Below are positions 44,261 through 62,100 of a DNA stretch of 64,000 nucleotides, piece by piece. Source of the DNA: Bugula neritina (lineage: Eukaryota > Animalia > Bryozoa); NCBI GenBank assembly GCA_964035545.1, contig OZ037767.1:18196259-18260258 (forward strand), written 5' to 3'. The first letter of the stretch is position 1; every line of letters starts with the position of its first letter. The notes beneath the pieces are model-generated. The model worked only from the letters and a program-made list of their open reading frames with translations. It was not told the origin of the DNA and made no database searches. The translations under genes and the position numbers were made by a program.

Positions 44261-47200
44261 ATATTGAAATACACTGCAATACACTGAAACATATTGAAAT
44301 ACACTGCAACACACTGAAATATACTGCAACATACCGAAATAAATGGTAAACTACTGAAATATACTGTAACACATTGAAAAATACTGCAACATATTGAAAT
44401 ATAGTGTAACACACTGAAATATACTGCAACATACTGAAATACACTGTAACATATTAAAATATACTGCAACATACTGAAATACACTGCTACATACTGAAAT
44501 ATACTGCAACATACTGCAACATACTGAAATACACTGTAACATACTGAAATACGCTGAAACATACTGCAACATACTGAAATACACTGCAACACATCGAATT
44601 ATACTGCAACATACCTAAATATACAGTAATATACTGAAATATACTGTAACACATTGAAAAGCACTGCAACATACTGAAATATACTGAAAGACACTGCTAC
44701 ATACTGAAATATACTGCAACATACCTAAATATACGGTAATATACTAAAATATACTGTAACACATTGAAAAACACTGCAACATACTGAACTATACTGCAAG
44801 ATACTGAAATACACTGTAACATACCGAAATATACTGCAACATACTGCATTATACTGACATACGCTGTAACATATTGAAATACACTGCAACACATTGAAAT
44901 ATAATCTAACTCACTAAAATATAGTGTAATATACGGAAATGTACTTTGACATACTGGAATATACTGTAACACAATGAAATATACTTCAACATACTGAAAT
45001 ACGCTGGAACATACTGAAATATACTGCAACCTACTGCAACATACTGAAATACACTGTAACATACTGAAATACACTGCAACATACTACAACATACTGAATT
45101 ACACTGTAACATATTGAAATACACTGCAACACACTGAAATATACTGCAACATACAGAAATATATGGTAAACTACTGAAAAATAATGTAAAACATTGAAAA
45201 ACACTGCAACATACTGAAATATACTGTAACACACTGAAATATACTGCAACATACTGAAATACACTGTAACATACCGAAATATACTGCAACATACTGAAAT
45301 ACACTGCTACATACTGAAATATACTGCAAAATACTGCAACATACTGAAATGCACTGTAACATACTGAAATACACTGCAACACACTACAACATACAAAAAT
45401 ACAGTGTAACATATTGAAATACACTGCAACACAATGACATATACTGCAACATACCGAAATATATGGTAAACTACTGAAATATACTGTAACACATTGAAAA
45501 ATACTGCAACATAAAGAAAAATACTGTGACACACTGAAATATACTGCAACATACTGAAATACACTGAAACATACTGAAGTATACTGCAACATACTGAAAT
45601 AGACTGCTACATACTGAAATATACTTCAAGATACTGCAACAAACTGAAATACACTGTAACATACTGAAATACACTGCAACATACTGCATTATACGGACAT
45701 CTACTGGGACATATGGAATTACACTGCAACAAATTGAAGTACACTGCGACGCACTGAAACATACGTCAACATACTAAAATGTACTGCAACATACTGAGAT
45801 ACACTGTAATATACTGAAATATACTGCAACCTACTGCAACATACTGACATACGCTGTAACATATTGAAATACAGTGCAACGCATTGAAATATACTCTAAC
45901 TAACTGAAATATAGTGTAATATACGGAAATGTACTGTGACATACTGGAATATACTGTAACACAATGAAACATACTTCAACATACTGAAATACGCTGTAAC
46001 ATACTGAAATATACTGCAACCTACTGCAACATACTAAAATACACTGTAACATACTGAAATACACTGCAACATACTACAACATACTGAAATACACTGTAAC
46101 ATATTGAAATACACTGCAACACACTGAAATATACTGCAACATACCGAAATATATGGTAAACTACTGAAAAATACTGTAACACATTGAAAAATACTGCAAC
46201 ATACCGAAATATACTGTAACACACTGAAATATACTGCAACATACTGAATTACACTGTAACATACTGAAATATACTGCAACATACTGAAATACGCTGCTAC
46301 ATACTGAAATATACTGCGACAGATTGAAATATACTGCAACATACTGAAATTTAATGCAAGATACTGCAATATACTGAAATACACCGTGACATACTGAGAT
46401 ACATTGCAACATACTGCAACATACTGAAATACACTGTAACATATTGAAATACACTGCAACACATTGAAATCTACTGCAACATACTGCAACATACTGAAAT
46501 ACGCTGTAAAATACTGAAATACACTGCAACATACTGAATTATACTGACATACACTGGAACATATTGAAATATACTGCAACAAATTGAAGTATACTGCAAC
46601 ACACCGAAACATACGGCAACATACTGAAATATACTGCGACACATTGAAATATACTGCAACATACTGAAATACACTGTATCATACTAAAATAAACTGCAAC
46701 ACACTGAAGTGTACTGTAATATACAAACATGTACTGTAACGAACTGAAACATACGTCAACATACTAAAATGTACTGCAACATACTGAGATACACTGTAAT
46801 ATACTGAAATATACTGCAACCTACTGCAACATACTGACATACGCTGTAACATATTGAAATACACTGCAACACATTGAAATATACTGTAACTCACTGAAAT
46901 ATAGTGTAATATACGGAAATGTACTGTGACATACTGGAATATACTGTAACACAATGAAATATACTGTAACACACTGAAATATACTGCAAAATACTGAAAT
47001 ACACTGTAACATACTGAAATACACTGTAACATACTGAAATACACTGCGACATACTACAACATACTGAAATACACTGTAACATATTGAAATACACTGCAAT
47101 ACACTGTAACATATTGAAATACACTGCAACACACTGAAATATACTGCAACATACCGAAATAAATGGTAAACTACTGAAATATACTGTAACACATTGAAAA

Positions 47201-48930
47201 ATACTGCAACATATTGAAATATAGTGTAACACACTGAAATATAATGCAACATACTGAAATACACTGTAACATATTAAAATATACTGCAACATACTGAAAT
47301 ACACTGCTACATACTGAAATATACTGCAACATACTGCAACATACTGAAATACACTGTAACATACTGAAATACGCTGAAACATACTGCAACATATTGAAAT
47401 ACACTGCAACACATTGAATTTTACTGCAACATACCTAAATATACAGTAATATACTGAAATATACTGTAACACATTGAAAAGTACTGCAACATACTGAAAT
47501 ACACTGAAAGACACTGCTACACACTGAAATATACTGCAAGATACTGCAACATACTGAAATACACTATAACATACTGAAATATACTGCTGCATACTGAAAT
47601 ACACTGCTACATACTGAAATATACTGCAACATACCTAAATATACGGTAATATACTAAAATATACTGTAACACATTGAAAAACACTGCAACATACTGAACT
47701 ATACTGCAAGATACTACAACATACTGAAATGCACTGTAACATACTGAAACACACTGCAACATACTGCATTATACTGACATACGCTGTAACATATTGAAAT
47801 ACACTGCAACACATTGAAATATACTCTACCTCACTGAAATATAGTGTAATATACGGAAATGTACTGTGACATACTGGAATATACTGTAACACAATGAAAT
47901 ATACTTCAACATACTGAAATACGCTGTAACATACTGAAATATACTGTAACCTACAGCAACATACTGAAATACACTGTAACATACTGAAATACACTGCAAC
48001 ATACTACAACATACTGAAATACACTGTAACATATTGAAATACACTGCAACACACTGAAATATACTGCAACATACCGAAATATATGTTAAACTACTGAAAA
48101 ATACTGTAACACATTGAAAAATACTGCAACATACTGAAATATACTGTAACACACTGAAATATACTGCAACATACTGAATTACACTGTAACATACTGAAAT
48201 ATACTGCAACATACTGAAATACACTGCTACATACTGAAATATACTGCAAAATACTGCAACTTACTGAAATACACTGTAACATACTGAAATACACTGCAAC
48301 ATACTACAACATACTGAAATACAGTGTAACATATCGAAATACACTGCAACACAATAATATATACTGCAACATACCGAAATATTTGGTAAACTACTGAAAT
48401 ATACTGTAACACATTGAAAAATACTGCAACATACTGAAATATACTGTGACACACTGAAATATACTGCAACATACTGAAATACACTGTAACATACTGAAGT
48501 ATACTGCAACATACTGAAATAAACTGCTACATACCGAAATATACTTCAAGATACTGCAACAAACTGAAATACACTGTAACATACTGAAATACACTGCAAC
48601 ATACTGCATTATACTGACATCTACTGGGACATATGGAATTACACTGCAACGAATTGAAGTACACTGCGACGCACTGAAACATACGGCAATATACTGAAAT
48701 GTACTGCGACACATTGATATATACTGCAACATACTGAAATATGCTGTAGCGTACTGAAATTCACTGCAACACACTGAAGTATACTGTAATATACAGAAAT
48801 GTAATGTAACAAACTGAAACATACGTCAACATACTGCAACATACTGCAACATACTGAAATACGCTGTAAAATACTGAAATACACTGCAACATACTGAATT
48901 ATACTGACATACACTGGAACATATTGAAAT
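44261..48930 (+). repeat. Copy of about 4.7 kb of 36801-41470 at offset 7460
   Basis: Offsets 36891/44351, 37237/44697, 38574/46034, 39431/46891 and 41179/48639. Confidence 0.92.
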
Positions 48931-50119
48931 ATGCTGCACCAAATTGAAGTATACTGCAACACACTGAAACATACGGCAACATACTGAAATATACTGCGAC
49001 ACATTGAAATATACTGCAACATACTGAAAAACACTGTATCATACTGAAATAAACTGCAACACACTGAAGTGTACTGTAATATACAGACATGTACTGTAAC
49101 AAACTGAAACATACGTCAACATACTAAAATGTACTGCAACAGACTGAGATACACTGTAATATACTGAAATATACTGCAACCTACTGCAACATACTGACAT
49201 ACGCTGTAACATATTGAAATACACTGCAACACATTTAAATATACTCTAACTCACTGAAATATAGTGTAATATACGGAAATGTACTGTGACATACTGGAAT
49301 ATACTGTAACACAATGAAATATACTTCAACATACTGAAATACGCTGTAACTTACTGAAATATACTGCAACCTACTGCAACATACTGAAATACACTGTAAC
49401 ATACCGAAATACACTGCAACATACTACAACATACTGAAATACACTGTAACATATTGAAATAAACTGAAACACACTGAAATATACTGCAACATACCGAAAT
49501 ATATGGTAAACTACTGAAAAATACTGTAACACATTGAAATATACTGCAACATACTGAAATATACTGTAACACACTGAAATATACTGCAACATACTGAAAT
49601 ACACTGTAACATACTGAAATACACTGTAACATACTGAAATACACAGCGACATACTACAACATACTGAAATACACTGTAACATATTGAAATACACTGCAAT
49701 ACACTGTAACCTATTGAAATACACTGCAACACACTGAAATGTACTGCAACATACCGAAATAAATGGTAAACTACTGAAATATACTGTAACACATTGAAAA
49801 ATACTGCAACATATTGAAATATAGTGTAACACACTGAAATATACTGCAAGATACTGAAATACACTGTAACATACTAAAATATACTGCAACATACTGAAAT
49901 ACACTGCTACATACTGAAATATACTGCAAAATACTGCAACTTACTGAAATACACTGCAACATACTACAACATACTGAGATACACTGTAACATATTGAAAT
50001 ACACTGCAACATACTGCAACATACTGCAACATACTGAAATACACTGTAACATATTGAAATACACTGCAACACCTTGAAATATACTGCAATACAGTGAAAC
50101 ATACGGCAACATACTGAAA

Positions 50120-53100
50120 TATACTGCGACACATTGCAATATACTGCAACATACTGAAATATGCTGTAGCATACTGAAATACACTGCAACACACTGAAGT
50201 ATACTGTAATAGACAGAAATATACTGTAACAAACTGAAACATACGTCAACATACTGAAATGTACTGCAACATACTGAGATACACTGTAATATACTGAATT
50301 ACACTGCAACATACTGCAACATACTGAAATACGCTGTAACATATTGAAATACACTGCAACACATTGAAATATACTGTAACTCACTGAAATATAGTGTAAT
50401 ATACGGAAATGTACTGTAACATACTGGAATATACTATAACACACTGAAATACACTGTAACATACTGCAACATTCTAAAATACACTGTAACATATCGAAAT
50501 ACACTGCCACACACTGAAATAAACTGCAACATACCGAAATCAATGGTAAACTACTGAAATATACTGTAACACAATGAAAAACACTGCAACATACTGAACT
50601 ATACTGCAAGATACTGCAACATACTGAAATACACTGTAACATACTGAACCACACTGCAACATACTGCATTATACTGACATACGCTGTAACATATTGAAAT
50701 ACACTGCAACGCTTTGAAATATACTGTAACTCACTGAAATATACTGCAACATACTGAAATACACTGTAACATACTGAAGTATACTGCATCATACTGAAAT
50801 AAACTGGTACATACTGAAATATACTTCAAGATACTGCAACAAACTGAAATACACTGTAACATACTGAAATACACTGCAACATACTGCATTATACTGACAT
50901 TTACTGGGACATATGGAATTACACTGCAACAAATTGAAGTACACTGCGACGCACTGAAACATGCGGCAATATACTGAAATGTACTGCGACACATTGATAT
51001 ATACTGCAACATACTGAAATATGCTGTAGCGTACTGAAATTCACTGCAACACACTGAAGTATACTGTAATATACAGAAATGTAATGTAACAAACTGAAAC
51101 ATACGTCAACATACTGAAATGTACTGCAACATACTGAAATACACTGTAATATATTGAATTACACTGCAACATACTGCAACATACTGAAATACGCTGTAAC
51201 ATATTGAAATACACTGTAACACATGAAATATACTGTAACTCATTGAAATATAGTGTAATATACATAAATGTACTGCAACATACTGGAATATACGGCAACA
51301 TACTGAAATATACTGCGACAGATTGAAATATACTGCAACATACTGAAATTTAATGCAAGATACTGCAATATACTGAAATACACCGTGAAATACTGAGATA
51401 CATTGCAACATACTGCAACATACTGCAACATACTGAAATACACTGTAACATATTGAAATACACTGCAAAACATTGAAATCTACTGCAACATACTGCAACA
51501 TACTGAAATACGCTGTAAAATACTGAAATACACTGCAACATACTGAATTATACTGACATACACTGGAACATATTGAAATATACTGCAACAAATTGAAGTA
51601 TACTGCAACACACTGAAACATACGGCAACCTACTGAAATATACTGCGACACATTGAAATATACTGCAACATACTGAAATACACTGTATCATACTGAAATA
51701 AACTGCAACACACTGAAGTGTACTGTAATATACAGACATGTACTGTAACAAACTGAAACATACGTCAACATACTAAAATGTACTGCAACATACTGAGATA
51801 CACTGTAATATACTGAAATATACTGCAACCTACTGCAACATACTGACATACGCTGTAACATATTGAAAACACTGCAACACATTGAAATATACTCTAACTC
51901 ACTGAAATATAGTGTAATATACGGAAATGTACTGTGACATACTGGAATATGCTGTAACACAATGAAATATACTTCAACATACTGAAATACGCTGTAACAT
52001 ACTGAAATATACTGCAACCTACTGCAACATACTGAAATACACTGTAACATACTGAAATACACTGCAACATACTACAACATACTGAAATACACTGTAAAAT
52101 ATTGAAATACACTGCAACACACTGAAATATACTGCAACATACCGAAATATATGGTAGACTACTGAAAAATACTGTAACACATTGAAAAATACTGCAACAT
52201 ACTGAAATATACTGTAACACACTGAAATATACTGCAACATACTGAAGTACACTGTAATATACTGAAATACACTGTAACATACTGAAATACACTGCGACAT
52301 ACTACAACATACTGAAATACACTGTAACATATTGAAATACACTGCAATACACTGAAACATATTGAAATACACTGCAACACACTGAAATATACTGCAACAT
52401 CCCGAAATAAATGGTAAACTACTGAAATATACTGTAACACATTGAAAAATACTGCATCATATTGAAATATAGTGTAACACACTGAAATATACTGCAACAT
52501 ACTGAAATACACTGTAACATATTAAAAGATACTGCAACATAGTGAAATACACTGCTACATACTGAAATATACTGCAACATACTGCAACATACTGAAATAC
52601 ATTGTAACACACTGAAATACGCTGAAACATACTGCAACATATTGAAATACACTGCAACACATCGAATTATACTGCAACATACCTAAATATACAGTAATAT
52701 ACTGAAATATACTGTAACACATTGAAAAGTACTGAAACATACTGAAATATACTGAAAGACACTGCTACATACTGAAATATACTGCAAGATACTGCAACAT
52801 ACTGAAATACACTATAACATACTGAAATATACTGCAACATACTGAAATACACTGCTACATACTGAAATATACTGCAACATACCTAAATATACGGTCATAT
52901 ACTACAATATACTGTAACACATTGAAAAACACTGCAACATACTGAACTATACTGCAAGATACTGAAATGCACTGTAACATACTGAAACACACTGCAACAT
53001 ACTGCATTATACTGACATACGCTGTAACATATTGAAATACACTGCAACACATTGAAATATACTCTAACTCACTGAAATATAGTGTAATATACGGAAATGT

Positions 53101-56100
53101 ACTGTGACATACTGGAATATACTGTAACACAATGAAATATACTTCAACATACTGAAATACGCTGTAACATACTGAAATATACTGCAACCTACTGCAACAT
53201 ACTGAAATACACTGTAACATACTGAAATACACTGCAACATACTACAACATACTGAAATACACTGTAACATATTGAAATACACTGCAACACACTGAAATAT
53301 ACTGCTACATACCGAAATATATGGTAAACTACTGAAAAATACTGTAACACATTGAAAAATACTGCAACATACTGAAATATACTGTAACACACTGAAATAT
53401 ACTGCAACATACTGAATTACACTGTAGCATACTGAAATATACTGCAACATACTGAAATACACTGCTACATACTGAAATATACTGCAAAATACTGCAACTT
53501 ACTGAAATACACTGTAACATACTGAAATACACTGCAACATACTACAACATACTGAAATACAGTGTAACATATCGAAATACACTGCAACACAATAATATAT
53601 ACTGCAACATACCGAAATATTTGGTAAACTACTGAAATATACTGTAACACATTGAAAAATACTGCAACATACTGAAATATACTGTGACACACTGAAATAT
53701 ACTGCAACATACTGAAATACACTGTAACATACTGAAGTATACTGCAACATACTGAAATAAACTGCTACATACTGAAATATACTTCAAGATACTGCAACAA
53801 ACTGAAATACACTGTAACATACTGAAATACACTGCAACATACTGCATTATACTGACATCTACTGGGACATATGGATTTACACTGCAACAAATTGAAGTAC
53901 ACTGCGACGCACTGAAACATACGGCAATATACTGAAATGTACTGCGACACATTGATATATACTGCAACATACTGAAATATGCTGTAGCGTACTGAAATTC
54001 ACTGCAACACACTGAAGTATACTGTAATATACAGAAATGTAATGTAACAAACTGAAACATACGTCAACATACTGCAACATACTGCAACATACTGAAATAC
54101 GCTGTAAAATACTGAAATACACTGCAACATACTGAATTATACTGACATACACTGGAACATATTGAAATATACTGCAACAAATTGAAGTATACTGCAACAC
54201 ACTGAAACATACGGCAACATACTGAAATATACTGCGACACATTGCAATATACTGCAACATACTGAAATATGCTGTAGCATACTGAAATACACTGCAACAC
54301 ACTGAAGTATACTGTAATAGACAGAAATATACTGTAACAAACTGAAACATACGTCAACATACTGAAATGTACTGCAACATACTGAGATACACTGTAATAT
54401 ACTGAATTACACTGCAACATACTGCAACATACTGAAATACGCTGTAACATATTGAAATACACTGCAACACATTGAAATATACTGTAACTCACTGAAATAT
54501 AGTGTAATATACGGAAATGTACTGTAACATACTGGAATATACTATAACACACTGAAATACACTGTAACATACTGCAACATTCTAAAATACACTGTAACAT
54601 ATCGAAATACACTGCCACACACTGAAATATACTGCAACATACCGAAATCAATGGTAAACTACTGAAATATACTGTAACACAATGAAAAACACTGCAACAT
54701 ACTGAACTATACTGCAAGATACTGCAACATACTGAAATACACTGTAACATACTGAACCACACTGCAACATACTGCATTATACTGACATACGCTGTAACAT
54801 ATTGAAATACACTGCAACGCTTTGAAATATACTGTAACTCACTGAAATATACTGCAACATACTGAAATACACTGTAACATACTGAAGTATACTGCATCAT
54901 ACTGAAATAAACTGGTACATACTGAAATATACTTCAAGATACTGCAACAAACTGAAATACACTGTAACATACTGAAATACACTGCAACATACTGCATTAT
55001 ACTGACATTTACTGGGACATCTGGAATTACACTGCAACAAATTGAAGTACACTGCGACGCACTGAAACATACGGCAATATACTGAAATGTACTGCGACAC
55101 ATTGATATATACTGCAACATACTGAAATATGCTGTAGCGTACTGAAATTCACTGCAACACACTGAAGTATACTGTAATATACAGAAATGTAATGTAACAA
55201 ACTGAAACATACGTCAACATACTGAAATGTACTGCAACATACTGAAATACACTGTAATATATTGAATTACACTGCAACATACTGCAACATACTGAAATAC
55301 GCTGTAACATATTGAAATACACTGTAACACATGAAATATACTGTAACTCATTGAAATATAGTGTAATATACATAAATGTACTGCAACATACTGGAATATA
55401 CGGCAACATACTGAAATATACTGCGACAGATTGAAATATACTGCAACATACTGAAATTTAATGCAAGATACTGCGATATACTGAAATACACCGTGAAATA
55501 CTGAGATACATTGCAACATACTGCAACATACTGCAACATACTGAAATACACTGTAACATATTGAAATACACTGCAAAACATTGAAATCTACTGCAACATA
55601 CTGCAACATACTGAAATACGCTGTAAAATACTGAAATACACTGCAACATACTGAATTATACTGACATACACTGGAACATATTGAAATATACTGCAACAAA
55701 TTGAAGTATACTGCAACACACTGAAACATACGGCAACCTACTGAAATATACTGCGACACATTGAAATATACTGCAACATACTGAAATACACTGTATCATA
55801 CTGAAATAAACTGCAACACACTGAAGTGTACTGTAATATACAGACATGTACTGTAACAAACTGAAACATACGTCAACATACTAAAATGTACTGCAACATA
55901 CTGAGATACACTGTACTATACTGAAATATACTGCAACCTACTGCAACATACTGACATACGCTGTAACATATTGAAATACACTGCAACACATTGAAATATA
56001 TTCCAACTCACTGAAATATAGTGTAATATACGGAAATGTACTGTGACATACTGGAATATACTGTAACACAATGAAATATACTTCAACATACTGAAATACG

Positions 56101-59100
56101 CTGTAACATACTGAAATATACTGCAACCTACTGCAACATACTGAAATACACTGTAACATACTGAAATACACTGCAACATACTACAACATACTGAAATACA
56201 CTGTAAAATATTGAAATACACTGCAACACACTGAAATATACTGCAACATACCGAAATATATGGTAGACTACTGAAAAATACTGTAACACATTGAAAAATA
56301 CTGCAACATACTGAAATATACTGTAACACACTGAAATATACTGCAACATACTGAAGTACACTGTAATATACTGAAATACACTGTAACATACTGAAATACA
56401 CTGCGACATACTACAACATACTGAAATACACTGTAACATATTGAAATACACTGCAATACACTGAAACATATTGAAATACACTGCAACACACTGAAATATA
56501 CTGCAACATCCCGAAATAAATGGTAAACTACTGAAATATACTGTAACACATTGAAAAATACTGCATCATATTGAAATATAGTGTAACACACTGAAATATA
56601 CTGCAACATACTGAAATACACTGTAACATACTAAAAGATACTGCAACATAGTGAAATACACTGCTACATACTGAAATATACTGCAACATACTGCAACATA
56701 CTGAAATACATTGTAACACACTGAAATACGCTGAAACATACTGCAACATATTGAAATACACTGCAACACATCGAATTATACTGCAACATACCTAAATATA
56801 CAGTAATATACTGAAATATACTGTAACACATTGAAAAGTACTGAAACATACTGAAATATACTGAAAGACACTGCTACATACTGAAATATACTGCAAGATA
56901 CTGCAACATACTGAAATACACTATAACATACTGAAATATACTGCAACATACTGAAATACACTGCTACATACTGAAATATACTGCAACATACCTAAATATA
57001 CGGTCATATACTACAATATACTGTAACACATTGAAAAACACTGCAACATACTGAACTATACTGCAAGTTACTGAAATGCACTGTAACATACTGAAACACA
57101 CTGCAACATACTGCATTATACTGACATACGCTGTAACATATTGAAATACACTGCAACACATTGAAATATACTCTAACTCACTGAAATATAGTGTAATATA
57201 CGAAAATGTACTGTGACATACTGGAATATACTGTAACACACTGAAATATACTGCAACATACTGAATTACACTGTAGCATACTGAAATATACTGCAACATA
57301 CTGAAATACGCTGTAAAATACTGAAATACACTGCAACATACTGAATTATACTGACATACACTGGAACATATTGAAATATACTGCAACAAATTGAAGTATA
57401 CTGCAACACACTGAAACATACGGCAACATACTGAAATATACTGCGACACATTGCAATATACTGCAACATACTGAAATATGCTGTAGCATACTGAAATACA
57501 CTGCAACACACTGAAGTATACTGTAATAGACAGAAATATACTGTAACAAACTGAAACATACGTCAACATACTGAAATGTACTGCAACATACTGAGATACA
57601 CTGTAATATACTGAATTACACTGCAACATACTGCAACATACTGAAATACGCTGTAACATATTGAAATACACTGCAACACATTGAAATATACTGTAACTCA
57701 CTGAAATATAGTGTAATATACGGAAATGTACTGTAACATACTGGAATATACTATAACACACTGAAATACACTGTAACATACTGCAACATTCTAAAATACA
57801 CTGTAACATATCGAAATACACTGCCACACACTGAAATATACTGCAACATACCGAAATCAATGGTAAACTACTGAAATATACTGTAACACAATGAAAAACA
57901 CTGCAACATACTGAACTATACTGCAAGATACTGCAACATACTGAAATACACTGTAACATACTGAACCACACTGCAACATACTGCATTATACTGACATACG
58001 CTGTAACATATTGAAATACACTGCAACGCTTTGAAATATACTGTAACTCACTGAAATATACTGCAACATACTGAAATACACTGTAACATACTGAAGTATA
58101 CTGCATCATACTGAAATAAACTGGTACATACTGAAATATACTTCAAGATACTGCAACAAACTGAAATACACTGTAACATACTGAAATACACTGCAACATA
58201 CTGCATTATACTGACATTTACTGGGACATCTGGAATTACACTGCAACAAATTGAAGTACACTGCGACGCACTGAAACATACGGCAATATACTGAAATGTA
58301 CTGCGACACATTGATATATACTGCAACATACTGAAATATGCTGTAGCGTACTGAAATTCACTGCAACACACTGAAGTATACTGTAATATACAGAAATGTA
58401 ATGTAACAAACTGAAACATACGTCAACATACTGAAATGTACTGCAACATACTGAAATACACTGTAATATATTGAATTACACTGCAACATACTGCAACATA
58501 CTGAAATACGCTGTAACATATTGAAATACACTGTAACACATGAAATATACTGTAACTCATTGAAATATAGTGTAATATACATAAATGTACTGCAACATAC
58601 TGGAATATACGGCAACATACTGAAATATACTGCGACAGATTGAAATATACTGCAACATACTGAAATTTAATGCAAGATACTGCGATATACTGAAATACAC
58701 CGTGAAATACTGAGATACATTGCAACATACTGCAACATACTGCAACATACTGAAATACACTGTAACATATTGAAATACACTGCAAAACATTGAAATCTAC
58801 TGCAACATACTGCAACATACTGAAATACGCTGTAAAATACTGAAATACACTGCAACATACTGAATTATACTGACATACACTGGAACATATTGAAATATAC
58901 TGCAACAAATTGAAGTATACTGCAACACACTGAAACATACGGCAACCTACTGAAATATACTGCGACACATTGAAATATACTGCAACATACTGAAATACAC
59001 TGTATCATACTGAAATAAACTGCAACACACTGAAGTGTACTGTAATATACAGACATGTACTGTAACAAACTGAAACATACGTCAACATACTAAAATGTAC

Positions 59101-62100
59101 TGCAACATACTGAGATACACTGTACTATACTGAAATATACTGCAACCTACTGCAACATACTGACATACGCTGTAACATATTGAAATACACTGCAACACAT
59201 TGAAATATATTCCAACTCACTGAAATATAGTGTAATATACGGAAATGTACTGTGACATACTGGAATATACTGTAACACAATGAAATATACTTCAACATAC
59301 TGAAATACGCTGTAACATACTGAAATATACTGCAACCTACTGCAACATACTGAAATACACTGTAACATACTGAAATACACTGCAACATACTACAACATAC
59401 TGAAATACACTGTAAAATATTGAAATACACTGCAACACACTGAAATATACTGCAACATACCGAAATATATGGTAGACTACTGAAAAATACTGTAACACAT
59501 TGAAAAATACTGCAACATACTGAAATATACTGTAACACACTGAAATATACTGCAACATACTGAAGTACACTGTAATATACTGAAATACACTGTAACATAC
59601 TGAAATACACTGCGACATACTACAACATACTGAAATACACTGTAACATATTGAAATACACTGCAATACACTGAAACATATTGAAATACACTGCAACACAC
59701 TGAAATATACTGCAACATCCCGAAATAAATGGTAAACTACTGAAATATACTGTAACACATTGAAAAATACTGCATCATATTGAAATATAGTGTAACACAC
59801 TGAAATATACTGCAACATACTGAAATACACTGTAACATACTAAAAGATACTGCAACATAGTGAAATACACTGCTACATACTGAAATATACTGCAACATAC
59901 TGCAACATACTGAAATACATTGTAACACACTGAAATACGCTGAAACATACTGCAACATATTGAAATACACTGCAACACATCGAATTATACTGCAACATAC
60001 CTAAATATACAGTAATATACTGAAATATACTGTAACACATTGAAAAGTACTGAAACATACTGAAATATACTGAAAGACACTGCTACATACTGAAATATAC
60101 TGCAAGATACTGCAACATACTGAAATACACTATAACATACTGAAATATACTGCAACATACTGAAATACACTGCTACATACTGAAATATACTGCAACATAC
60201 CTAAATATACGGTCATATACTACAATATACTGTAACACATTGAAAAACACTGCAACATACTGAACTATACTGCAAGTTACTGAAATGCACTGTAACATAC
60301 TGAAACACACTGCAACATACTGCATTATACTGACATACGCTGTAACATATTGAAATACACTGCAACACATTGAAATATACTCTAACTCACTGAAATATAG
60401 TGTAATATACGAAAATGTACTGTGACATACTGGAATATACTGTAACACACTGAAATATACTGCAACATACTGAATTACACTGTAGCATACTGAAATATAC
60501 TGCAACATACTGAAATACACTGCTACATACTGAAATATACTGCAAAATACTGCAACTTACTGAAATACACTGTAACATACTGAAATACACTGCAACATAC
60601 TACAACATACTGAAATACAGTGTAACATATCGAAATACACTGCAACACAATAATATATACTGCAACATACCGAAATATTTGGTAAACTACTGAAATATAC
60701 TGTAACACATTGAAAAATACTGCAACATACTGAAATATACTGTGACACACTGAAATATACTGCAACATACTGAAATACACTGTAACATACTGAAGTATAC
60801 TGCAACATACTGAAATAAACTGCTACATACTGAAATATACTTCAAGATACTGCAACAAACTGAAATACACTGTAACATACTGAAATACACTGCAACATAC
60901 TGCATTATACTGACATCTACTGGGACATATGGATTTACACTGCAACAAATTGAAGTACACTGCGACGCACTGAAACATACGGCAATATACTGAAATGTAC
61001 TGCGACACATTGATATATACTGCAACATACTGAAATATGCTGTAGCGTACTGAAATTCACTGCAACACACTGAAGTATACTGTAATATACAGAAATGTAA
61101 TGTAACAAACTGAAACATACGTCAACATACTGCAACATACTGCAACATACTGAAATACGCTGTAAAATACTGAAATACACTGCAACATACTGAATTATAC
61201 TGACATACACTGGAACATATTGAAATATACTGCAACAAATTGAAGTATACTGCAACACACTGAAACATACGGCAACATACTGAAATATACTGCGACACAT
61301 TGCAATATACTGCAACATACTGAAATATGCTGTAGCATACTGAAATACACTGCAACACACTGAAGTATACTGTAATAGACAGAAATATACTGTAACAAAC
61401 TGAAACATACGTCAACATACTGAAATGTACTGCAACATACTGAGATACACTGTAATATACTGAATTACACTGCAACATACTGCAACATACTGAAATACGC
61501 TGTAACATATTGAAATACACTGCAACACATTGAAATATACTGTAACTCACTGAAATATAGTGTAATATACGGAAATGTACTGTAACATACTGGAATATAC
61601 TATAACACACTGAAATACACTGTAACATACTGCAACATTCTAAAATACACTGTAATATATCGAAATACACTGCCACACACTGAAATATACTGCAACATAC
61701 CGAAATCAATGGTAAACTACTGAAATATACTGTAACACAATGAAAAACACTGCAACATACTGAACTATACTGCAAGATACTGCAACATACTGAAATACAC
61801 TGTAACATACTGAACCACACTGCAACATACTGCATTATACTGACATACGCTGTAACATATTGAAATACACTGCAACGCTTTGAAATATACTGTAACTCAC
61901 TGAAATATACTGCAACATACTGAAATACACTGTAACATACTGAAGTATACTGCATCATACTGAAATAAACTGGTACATACTGAAATATACTTCAAGATAC
62001 TGCAACAAACTGAAATACACTGTAACATACTGAAATACACTGCAACATACTGCATTATACTGACATTTACTGGGACATATGGAATTACACTGCAACAAAT

